From the NCBI GenBank assembly GCA_022705905.1, contig JAKJDO010000002.1, positions 8,872 to 72,871 on the forward strand: a stretch of 64,000 nucleotides of DNA, given 5' to 3'. Shown here piece after piece: positions 22,003 through 29,407 of the stretch. The notes under the pieces are model-generated. The model was not told where the DNA came from. It did not search any database and saw nothing but the letters and a program-made list of their open reading frames with translations. Both the position numbers and the translations under genes were made by a program. The stretch is from Patescibacteria group bacterium. GTDB lineage: Bacteria > Patescibacteriota > Patescibacteriia > Patescibacteriales > UBA12075. Each line of letters begins with the position of its first letter. Position 1 is the first letter of the stretch.

Positions 22003-23259
22003 ATGCAGCAAATAGCCGACCTACATATTCATTCTAAATACTCCCGCGCTTGTTCGCGGGATTTAACGCTTCCCAATATTGATAGAACTTGCCGTATTAA
22101 GGGAGTCGACATCATTGCTACTGGTGATTTTACATTTCCGGCTTGGTGGCGCGATATAAAAAAATTGTTAGAAGAGACGACGTTTGGCTCTGGTTTATAT
22201 AAATTAAAAGAGACTGGCGATGATAATGTAAAATTTATACTTTCCACGGAGTTAGCGTTAATTTATAAAAAAAATGATAGGGTAAGGCGCATTCATATTG
22301 TTGTTCATGCACCTAATATCGAAGCAGTCGAGGAGCTAAATAAATTTTTAGATAGTAAATATAATATCAAGTCAGATGGTCGGCCAATTTTAGGTATGCC
22401 AGCCGAAGATTTAATAAATACATGCCTAGCTATTCATCCGCAATTTTTAATTTATCCGGCGCATATTTGGACGCCCTGGTTTTCGGTGTTTGGTTCTAAG
22501 TCAGGCTTTAATTCGATGGAAGAATGCTTCGGTGATTTCACTAAAAATATCTATGCTTATGAAACAGGATTATCAAGCGATCCGGAAATGAATTGGCGCT
22601 TGTCAGCGCTAGACAAATTAACGTTACTTTCCAACTCCGACGCCCACTCTTTACCTAATATCGCCCGTGAAGCTAACATTTTTGATCTGAAGGAGGCAAC
22701 TTATAAAGAATTATATGGAGCTATCAAAAATAAAGATATAAAAAAGATAAAATATACAATTGAGTTTTATCCAGAAGAGGGCATGTATCATTACGATGGT
22801 CATCGCGATTGTCGTGTTAGGTTTTCTCCAGAAGAATCAAAACTACATAAGAATATTTGTCCGGTCTGCAAAAAGCCTTTGACGATTGGCGTGATGAATA
22901 GGGTCGACGAACTAGCTGACCGTCCTATGGGGTTTGAGCTGAAAAGTTTGCCTGGTTTTATAAAATTAGTAGAGCTGGACAAGATTATCGCTGAAAGTTT
23001 GGGTATAAAAAGCCGCCATTCGTCCAAAGTGCAGAAGGAATACAATGCTTTAATAGAGAGGTTTGGCAGCGAAATGGACATATTGATAGATAGGGCAGTT
23101 GAAGATTTAGAACAAGCTACTTTACCAAAAATCGCTGAAGGAATAAGGCGAGTTCGAGAAGGTAAGTTGATAATTGAACCAGGATTTGATGGTCAGTACG
23201 GAATAATAAAAATATTTGATCGCGAGGAGGCGGCTAGCCAGCAGTCCAGTCTGTTTTGA
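22003..23259 (+). CDS. Endonuclease Q-like PHP-domain nuclease (TIGR00375 family)
   Basis: IADLHIHSKYSRA, YPAHIWTPW, LSNSDAHS, zinc finger CPVCKKPLTIGV, C-terminal GFDGQYGIIKIF. Collinear with archaeal and Bacillus EndoQ as I recall them. Confidence 0.7.
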   Translation: MQQIADLHIHSKYSRACSRDLTLPNIDRTCRIKGVDIIATGDFTFPAWWRDIKKLLEETTFGSGLYKLKETGDDNVKFILSTELALIYKKNDRVRRIHIVVHAPNIEAVEELNKFLDSKYNIKSDGRPILGMPAEDLINTCLAIHPQFLIYPAHIWTPWFSVFGSKSGFNSMEECFGDFTKNIYAYETGLSSDPEMNWRLSALDKLTLLSNSDAHSLPNIAREANIFDLKEATYKELYGAIKNKDIKKIKYTIEFYPEEGMYHYDGHRDCRVRFSPEESKLHKNICPVCKKPLTIGVMNRVDELADRPMGFELKSLPGFIKLVELDKIIAESLGIKSRHSSKVQKEYNALIERFGSEMDILIDRAVEDLEQATLPKIAEGIRRVREGKLIIEPGFDGQYGIIKIFDREEAASQQSSLF

Positions 23260-23281
23260 AAAGTTTTTACAGACAAATAAC

Positions 23282-23316
23282 AAAGGCACTGACTGTAAAG
23301 TCAGAGCCTTTGTTTT
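23282..23316. terminator. Bidirectional intrinsic terminator
   Basis: aaaggcactgac tgtaaa gtcagagccttt, flanked by A/T runs. Confidence 0.7.
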
Positions 23317-23335
23317 AAAAGAAATGCTTACGCAA

Positions 23336-23422
23336 TTATTTTTTCTTCTTTTTTGCAGCTTTTTTCTTTTTTGGTGCAGCTTTTTTTGCAACTTTCTTTT
23401 TGGCTGCTTTCTTCTTTGCCAT
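23336..23422 (-). CDS. Possible 28-aa Lys/Ala-rich basic peptide (MAKKKAAKKKVAKKAAPKKKKAAKKKKK)
   Basis: Hand-translated; the terminator lies immediately downstream; weak RBS. Confidence 0.35.
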   Translation of the reverse strand: MAKKKAAKKKVAKKAAPKKKKAAKKKKK

Positions 23423-24001
23423 GGAAATTCTTTCTGGCTTTACAAATTGGTAAACCAATTTTTTAAGCCTTATTTTTTAAGAATTATTATATATAATAGT
23501 TATCCACTATTTATATTTTACAATAGAAACTGAATAAGCGCAAGTATTTTTGTCAAAAAAAATAAAGTTTGTGAAAATAGTTAATAAATATACTTTCGAG
23601 AGAGATAAAAATAATTAGCAGAGATGTCATCTGCAATGTGAAGTTAAAATTTCGACAAGAATAATTTTTTATTTGCTTTCAAAATATTTTTTGTGATTAG
23701 AAGATTAAATTTAGGAGAAAATTAAAAATTTTTGAAAAAGCTAGTTGCTTTTTTGCAAAAAAGGCGGAAGAAGAAAGAAGTCTTTGGGATATTTTATTGA
23801 TCTGAGTATTAAGGATTATTATTTTTTAATAATTCATTAACAATAATTTGCTAATATAAAATTACTAATATTGTATTATTGTTTATTTTATTTTTTTGTC
23901 TAATATTAAATAAAAATTTGGTTGTAAAAAAGTAGACCTTGACAAGCTCGTAAATTTGTGATAGGATGTAAGGTCATTTAAAAAACAAAAAGTTTTATAA
24001 A

Positions 24002-24126
24002 AAAAGACCGCTTTGAGCGGGCTAGGCACGACAAGCATGGGGATTTTTCTGTAAGGGCTATTTCGGTTCTAGAACTAAAATTCTCCTTACAAAAATTTCT
24101 TGCCTACCCGCTTAAGTCGGTCTTTT
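24002..24126. terminator. 125-nt imperfect hairpin (about 26-bp outer stem) abutting the VanW stop codon; possible sRNA
   Basis: aaaagaccgctttgagcgggctaggca (24002-24028) pairs with tgcctacccgcttaagtcggtctttt (24101-24126). Inner stem tgtaagg/ccttaca. T-runs on both strands. Plus-strand promoter TTGACA-17-TAGGAT at 23939-23967. Confidence 0.5.
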
Positions 24127-26011
24127 AATTTTGTCCGGTGGTGCTAGCTGAACCGCTGCCGGCAGCTGCCGAGCTGGAAGCTATTTGATGATCTGACAAT
24201 TTTTCAACTCCCAAGAGACACACCTCTTGCCAAGGAACGTAATGGGAGATAAATTTCTCTTCTTTAATTTCGCCGCCTGGATATTTAACTGTGTAAAAGA
24301 AATAAGCATCGGCGCCATTATGAGACGTTTCTGTGCATTTTTTTACTCCTGGTTTTAAATCTAGAGTCTCTATTATTTTAGTGGGCGGTGGTTTTTTAAT
24401 ATTATATATTTTAGGATAAGTTGTTGTTGCTTCTCTCCCATCTTTTTTCCCCCAAAAATCAAAGTATAAATTGTCCCCCTCTATACGTGATTGAATCAAA
24501 ATATAATTATCGGTGTCGTTTATAAATTTTAGATCCGGCCAAGGATCGTAAATAGTGGCGTCAGTGCCAGCTGGTTCGTAATATTGAACGCGGTAGGAAT
24601 GATTTCTTCTCTCGGTAATAGGCAGGCCGGAAGCCAGAGCGGTTCTAAACATAGTAGTACCGATTTGACAAAGTCCCCCGCCATATTCCGGAATTGTTTT
24701 GTTTTGCTTAATAACCAGTTCGGGCAGATAGCCAGTAGAAGCGTCAATCGGAACCAGTGATTTCATAACTGCAAATTCTTCCCCTGGTTTTATCAGCATT
24801 CCATTTAAGGTGTTGGCCCCTGTTTTTATGTTGTGGCGTCGATTGGCAGGCGAACCAGCAAAGTTAGAGTGGCCAGTGCCGATAATTTCTTCAATTTTTA
24901 ACTCGTTAACATCATCATCTCCAACCTCGCTTTTTATAGTGTTGATTACCAGTTCAACGTCTTTTTGATTTTTTATCAAAGCCTCTTTAATTTTAACAAT
25001 ACTTGCCTCGACATCTAGCTCAATTCCGTCTCTACTAGTCTGAAACTCGGTTACCCTTCCATTTTTAATTGTGAATTTTGAATTTTGAGGTTGCTTATCG
25101 ACTTCTGTTGATACAGCTTTTTTTAAATAGTTTTTAATTAATTCCAGCGCCAGATCAACGGCGATTTTATCATTACTGTCTTTATTAGCAACTAGTTCCA
25201 GCCATTCAACAACAGTGTTCGTTCCTATCGTTTTATTTTTTCCATCGTATTTTAAAATTAGCGGCATTTTATTTAAAACAGCGTTGGCCTTTTCTTCAAT
25301 GTTCTGACAGTCTCTCTGGTAAACAACCGGATATTGATTTTGGCTTTTAAGCACAATAATCGAATTGTCAAAGCTGGCTAGGTTTTGTTTTAATTGCTGT
25401 ATTCCCGAATCATAATCAGCAACAACTCCGTTTTTTTCTTCAGTGATATTGAAAGTATATTTATTTTTATTTTTGTCGTAATTATAAGTTAATCCAGCGT
25501 TTTTAGCCGGCGTTTCGTAAATTGAGAATTCGTCAGTCAGAATTTCTTTTATTTTTTCTTGATTGATTGTTATTTCGACCGATGTTTGTCTGTTTTTTCT
25601 GCCGTCCCATAATCTATTTTTTATATTTATAAGCGCATTTAAGCCGCGGCCGATATCGTAAGCCCTGTCAACAGTTTTTTCTAAGTCAAAATTAATTAAT
25701 TGATAGGCGACCTCTCCTTGTGGTGATGCGGCAATGGTCATTAAAACAGTTTTATGATCTAGGTAGCTGAAAATAATACCATTTTGGTTTATGATGTCGG
25801 CGCGTTTTTTTAGGGTTTGCACAGCTTCTTCTTTAGTAAGCCCACCTATATTGTCTTTTCCGACATATATCCCCGGATAGATTCTGTCTCGGTACTCTTT
25901 AGTAAATTCATAATAAACAACTCCCACTAAAATAACCGCAATTAAAAAAATGGCTATGATAATAATTAGCCACTTCCAATCAACTTTTTGTAGTATCGCT
26001 CGCGAGTCCAT
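24125..26011 (-). CDS. VanW/YoaR-family cell-wall protein with N-terminal TM anchor
   Basis: GGGLCQIGTTMFRTALASGLPITERRNHSYRVQYY VanW core. Confidence 0.8.
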   Translation of the reverse strand: MDSRAILQKVDWKWLIIIIAIFLIAVILVGVVYYEFTKEYRDRIYPGIYVGKDNIGGLTKEEAVQTLKKRADIINQNGIIFSYLDHKTVLMTIAASPQGEVAYQLINFDLEKTVDRAYDIGRGLNALINIKNRLWDGRKNRQTSVEITINQEKIKEILTDEFSIYETPAKNAGLTYNYDKNKNKYTFNITEEKNGVVADYDSGIQQLKQNLASFDNSIIVLKSQNQYPVVYQRDCQNIEEKANAVLNKMPLILKYDGKNKTIGTNTVVEWLELVANKDSNDKIAVDLALELIKNYLKKAVSTEVDKQPQNSKFTIKNGRVTEFQTSRDGIELDVEASIVKIKEALIKNQKDVELVINTIKSEVGDDDVNELKIEEIIGTGHSNFAGSPANRRHNIKTGANTLNGMLIKPGEEFAVMKSLVPIDASTGYLPELVIKQNKTIPEYGGGLCQIGTTMFRTALASGLPITERRNHSYRVQYYEPAGTDATIYDPWPDLKFINDTDNYILIQSRIEGDNLYFDFWGKKDGREATTTYPKIYNIKKPPPTKIIETLDLKPGVKKCTETSHNGADAYFFYTVKYPGGEIKEEKFISHYVPWQEVCLLGVEKLSDHQIASSSAAAGSGSASTTGQN

Positions 26012-26038
26012 AAAATATGATATTTATACTAGCGCAAT

Positions 26039-26251
26039 TTAGACTGTTTCTTCTACGTCCAAAATTTCATTAAGAATATCTTTGGCTGTCTTTTGGTCGC
26101 CGTTTCCGCTGTTGACAGCAAAAGCAAGCAAGGTTCCTTCCTTGACGTCTTTCGGCAATTTAGCGCGAGGCCAAATAACCATATCATTATCTTCCGACTT
26201 TAAGATTGCCTTGTCTTCTTCCAGCTTATCAATTTTAAGCTCGATAATCAT
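26039..26251 (-). CDS. DUF3006-like small protein
   Basis: Pattern ...EEDKAILKSEDNDMVIWPRAKLPKDVKEGTLL... Confidence 0.5.
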   Translation of the reverse strand: MIIELKIDKLEEDKAILKSEDNDMVIWPRAKLPKDVKEGTLLAFAVNSGNGDQKTAKDILNEILDVEETV

Positions 26252-26256
26252 ATTTT

Positions 26257-26748
26257 TTATCTCTCCTTGACTTTGATAGAGATTTGTTTGGCGCTTTTAG
26301 CTTTTGGTAAAACGACAGTTAAAACGCCGTTTTCTAAGTAGGCTTCGATTTTTTCCGCCTCAACTTCTACCGGTAAAATAATAGAACGGGAAAAAGAGCC
26401 CCAATAGCATTCGCGGTATAAATAATTTTCCTCCCTGATTTTTTCCATCATTTCTCGGCGACCACGGATAGTTAGAAGGTCGTTATTGATAGAAATATCA
26501 ATATCTTCCGGTTTAACTCCGGCAATAGTTGATTTTACGACTATGGTATCAGGAGTCTGGTAAACATCAATAGAAAGTTGACCCTCTTCGTAATCGGTCT
26601 GCATCCATTTTTTTTCTTCCTCGTCAATTGCTAGCAGACTGTCTTCGTTGTCTTTAAAATATTCTTCAGCTTCTTCAGCCAGCATTTCTTCTTCGTCCAT
26701 TTCTTTGTTTTTATCAAAACCAGATAATTTTTTTAGTATGCTGTTCAT
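26257..26748 (-). CDS. Hsp20/alpha-crystallin small heat-shock protein
   Basis: Alpha-crystallin domain (DVYQTPDTIVVKSTIAGV...GVLTVVLPK). Confidence 0.85.
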   Translation of the reverse strand: MNSILKKLSGFDKNKEMDEEEMLAEEAEEYFKDNEDSLLAIDEEEKKWMQTDYEEGQLSIDVYQTPDTIVVKSTIAGVKPEDIDISINNDLLTIRGRREMMEKIREENYLYRECYWGSFSRSIILPVEVEAEKIEAYLENGVLTVVLPKAKSAKQISIKVKER

Positions 26749-26869
26749 AGAATTTTATAAATGTAATTACACCCTCCTTTAAAGAGTGGTTTTAATAGTT
26801 TTATTATAAAATTTTTTATAATATAATGCAAGCAAAAAAGAAAATGGCTAAAAAGCCATTTTATAATAG

Positions 26870-26943
26870 TGGACATAAGAGGACTCGAACCTCTGGCCTC
26901 CACGATGTCAACGTGGCGCTCTAACCAACTGAGCTATATGTCC
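26870..26943 (-). tRNA. tRNA-Val (anticodon GAC), CCA not encoded
   Basis: Minus strand: ggacata-ta-gctc-agttggtt-agagc-g-ccacg-TTGACAT-cgtgg-aggcc-agagg-ttcgagt-cctct-tatgtcc-a. Confidence 0.9.
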
Positions 26944-26969
26944 AGTATATAAAAATATTTAAGATAATT

Positions 26970-27040
26970 AACGTGGCGCTCCCCGCCCGACTGAACGATG
27001 ACAGTCGTTCGGGCGGGTAACCAACTGAGCTATATGTCCC
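26970..27040 (-). pseudogene. Degenerate 5'-half copy of tRNA-Val with a 36-nt GC hairpin in the D-loop
   Basis: gggacatatagctcagttggtt[acccgcccgaacgactgtcatcgttcagtcgggcgggg]agcgccacgtt; identity with the real gene stops inside the anticodon loop. Confidence 0.6.
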
Positions 27041-27120
27041 TACTTCGCCAAGTCTACATGGGGCAAGCTAAAACTTTCCGTCAAAAGATTGCTTGTCATC
27101 CGAAGCTTAAGCGTAGGATA
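27041..27120. repeat. GC-rich repeat fragments between the tRNA genes
   Basis: cttcgccaagtctacatggggcaag (compare 49643-49670) and tgtcatccgaagcttaagcgtaggat. Confidence 0.55.
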
Positions 27121-27121
27121 G

Positions 27122-27194
27122 TGCGCTAGGATGGATTTGAACCATCGACCCCCGCTTTATAAGAGCGGTGCTCTAACCACTGAGCTACTAGCGC
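27122..27194 (-). tRNA. tRNA-Ile (anticodon UAU)
   Basis: Minus strand: gcgctag-ta-gctc-agtggtt-agagc-a-ccgct-CTTATAA-agcgg-gggtc-gatgg-ttcaaat-ccatc-ctagcgc-a. Confidence 0.85.
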
Positions 27195-27220
27195 AGTTAA
27201 TTTGTACAACCGACTTTGGC

Positions 27221-27308
27221 GAGCGGTGCTCCTCGCTCGACTGAGCGATGACAGTCGTTCGGGCGGGTAACCACCGAATCTGCCTGCGCAGGCAGACTAC
27301 TAGCGCCC
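27221..27308 (-). pseudogene. Degenerate 5'-half copy of tRNA-Ile with two GC hairpin insertions
   Basis: gggcgctagtag[tctgcctgcgcaggcaga]ttcggtggtt[acccgcccgaacgactgtcatcgctcagtcgagcgagg]agcaccgctc; homology ends at the anticodon loop. Confidence 0.6.
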
Positions 27309-27385
27309 TGCTACATTTCTAACAAAAAAAGGACTTACATCCTGATTTTTAATATATCATTGTCAATGGTTTTTTTCAAGATATT

Positions 27386-28558
27386 TTACAGAGGCATTTG
27401 TCGTAACTGTTCTTTAATTGTTTCACTCACTTCTTTTTCAGCATCAAAAATATTTTTATTCAATGTTATTTTGACTAATGATTTCGTACCAACTGGGTGC
27501 CATTTTTTAGCTAGTAGTAAAGAATTGATATTGCGGATAGAATAAATTAAGGCTTTAGTAATAGTCTCTTCCGACTCCTGGTTATCATCAATATTTTTTT
27601 CTAGAGTTTCATAAAATAGGACAATTACTTTAGCTTGTGGTATGTTGATAATTAATTCGTCTATGACCTCGTTTAAATCTTCTTCTTCTGAACCGGTTTT
27701 GCTAAAATCGGCGGAAGTTAAAACTGACCAGATTAAAACATTATCTAAGTCGCCAGTTAATCGCGCCAATACTCGCCCCCAAAGTTTTAGAACATTAAGT
27801 GGACGCGAACGATAAAGATGATTAACGATTTCCTCGCGGCGCGCTCCCATCGCTATTAATTGCGCGGAAGCTGATAAAGAATTAGGCGTAATATTTTGTG
27901 TTTTAAAACTTTTAGTTTTAGAAATAATACCAGCTAAAAGGCAAGTAGCAATGTCTTCATCGATTAAATCCCTAGAGTATTCTGAAAATAAATTGAAAAG
28001 AATTTCGGCGGTGGCAATGGCTGTAATTTGGACATTATTAATTTGGCCATATTCTTCGTTTTCGGAATGATGATCAATATTAATAATCGGTACTTGATAG
28101 AAGAACTCTGTGTCATTGTCATAAATAGAGCCAAGCGATTCTAAATCGGGTGTATCCAGAGTAATAATTAAATCATATTTAAAACTACCGGCGTGGGTAG
28201 TTATGTCTTCTTTGGTAAAAAAACCTTCTTTTGGCGAGATAATGAAATTTAAAGTGTTAGCTTCAGCTTGGTATTTTATTTTTTCAACCTTAGCATTAGT
28301 CGTATCTAAAGAAATGACAAATTTACGCAAGTTGTTAAACGAATTGCTAATTTTGCTGAAGGCTGGTAAAAATTGGAATAATTTACCATGGTCAAGCTGT
28401 TCAGCTACCACATCAACATTTTTATCCATCTTTTTCAAAATCAAATACATAGCTAAAGCCGAGGCCACAGCGTCACCATTCCAAAGTTTATTAAAAGTAA
28501 CCACGATATTGTTAGCTTTTTTTATTTGTTCAAAAATTTGTTGGTTTTGATCTAACAT
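27386..28558 (-). CDS. DHH/DHHA1 phosphoesterase (NrnA-like)
   Basis: DGDAVASALA, INIDHHSENE (DHH), GGH-like region. Confidence 0.75.
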   Translation of the reverse strand: MLDQNQQIFEQIKKANNIVVTFNKLWNGDAVASALAMYLILKKMDKNVDVVAEQLDHGKLFQFLPAFSKISNSFNNLRKFVISLDTTNAKVEKIKYQAEANTLNFIISPKEGFFTKEDITTHAGSFKYDLIITLDTPDLESLGSIYDNDTEFFYQVPIINIDHHSENEEYGQINNVQITAIATAEILFNLFSEYSRDLIDEDIATCLLAGIISKTKSFKTQNITPNSLSASAQLIAMGARREEIVNHLYRSRPLNVLKLWGRVLARLTGDLDNVLIWSVLTSADFSKTGSEEEDLNEVIDELIINIPQAKVIVLFYETLEKNIDDNQESEETITKALIYSIRNINSLLLAKKWHPVGTKSLVKITLNKNIFDAEKEVSETIKEQLRQMPL

Positions 28559-28727
28559 AATTTGTCGCTCCTTGTCGTTCGATTTACAACTTTATTATCA
28601 TATCAAGCGCGGGGAGAAAATGCCAGCTATTAAATATATCTGATAATTACTCACGTGTCAATAGATGTAACTTTTTTGTTTTTAATTCAATTTTAATTTA
28701 ATGTTAGCACTGATTTTAGTTATTTCC

Positions 28728-28884
28728 TTGACATTAGCGAATTGAAGATTTAATATTCAGACATTCTTCTCCTTTAGGTTGGAAAACGTCAATTTGGGAA
28801 CGGCCCCCTTATTAGTTTTCCAGAATAAAGGCGTTTTCTGTAAAAAGAATAGGCGACATTAAAGAAACAAAAAATAAGGGGGCC
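28728..28884 (+). promoter_or_regulatory. Promoter (TTGACA-17-TAATAT) plus structured 5' leader of about 140 nt with interleaved stems
   Basis: ggcccccttatt (28802-28813) pairs with aataagggggcc (28873-28884). ggaaaacg (28781-28788) can pair with gttttcc (28815-28821) or cgttttc (28832-28838). Confidence 0.35.
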
Positions 28885-28904
28885 ATTTTAAAAAGGAGGA
28901 AAAG

Positions 28905-29312
28905 ATGAAAAGGAGAAAGCACGTCCCAAGGGGTTACTACGATGCTATAAATTATTCAGTTTCGTGGGGGGATATATTACGCATCGTTGGGATTACTACC
29001 AGTCTTAAAGCTAATCCAAATCCAGTTCGCTATTTAAAATTGAAATGTTGTTTCCATAAAGAACGAACACCCTCTATGTATTTGTATGAAGGAGGGACTT
29101 TTAAGTGTTATAGTTGTAATGTTATAGGGGATGTTTTTGGCTTCGTTATGAGACTTAAAGGATTTGACTACTGGAAGACGGTAGATTTCTTTAAGAAACA
29201 TTTTAAAATTACGCCCGATAACTTCCAAAAGTTTATCGAGGACAGAATCAAAGAAGTTAGAGAACAAGTGGTAGTTAAGAAAGACGATGGTCTTGACACC
29301 TTGCCTTTTTAA
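28905..29312 (+). CDS. Stand-alone CHC2 (primase-type) zinc-finger protein
   Basis: CCFHKERTPSMYLYEGGTFKCYSCNVIGDVFGF matches the zf-CHC2 pattern of DnaG/TraC primases. Strong SD AAAGGAGG. Confidence 0.65.
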   Translation: MKRRKHVPRGYYDAINYSVSWGDILRIVGITTSLKANPNPVRYLKLKCCFHKERTPSMYLYEGGTFKCYSCNVIGDVFGFVMRLKGFDYWKTVDFFKKHFKITPDNFQKFIEDRIKEVREQVVVKKDDGLDTLPF

Positions 29313-29407
29313 TGTGAGGTGTCTTTTTTTTCTTGTAAAAATTGGCTAATTCTGGTAAAGTAAAGCTACAAATACAGTGAATTAAAATTATAAAAATTGA
29401 TTATATT

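Noticed and set aside
23216-23533. Track ORFs in AT-rich intergenic DNA (23216..23533, 23122..23391, 20770..20973, 20383..20646).
   Set aside because: They give low-complexity Phe/Leu/Lys-rich translations of AT-rich spacer, lack an RBS, and overlap terminators or the better-supported small gene.
26749-27385. An integrated prophage or genomic island at the tRNA-Val/tRNA-Ile locus.
   Set aside because: No integrase or cargo genes are present. The duplicated segments are 5' halves only about 25 nt from the intact genes, and the flanks are ordinary genes (hsp20, DHH phosphoesterase).
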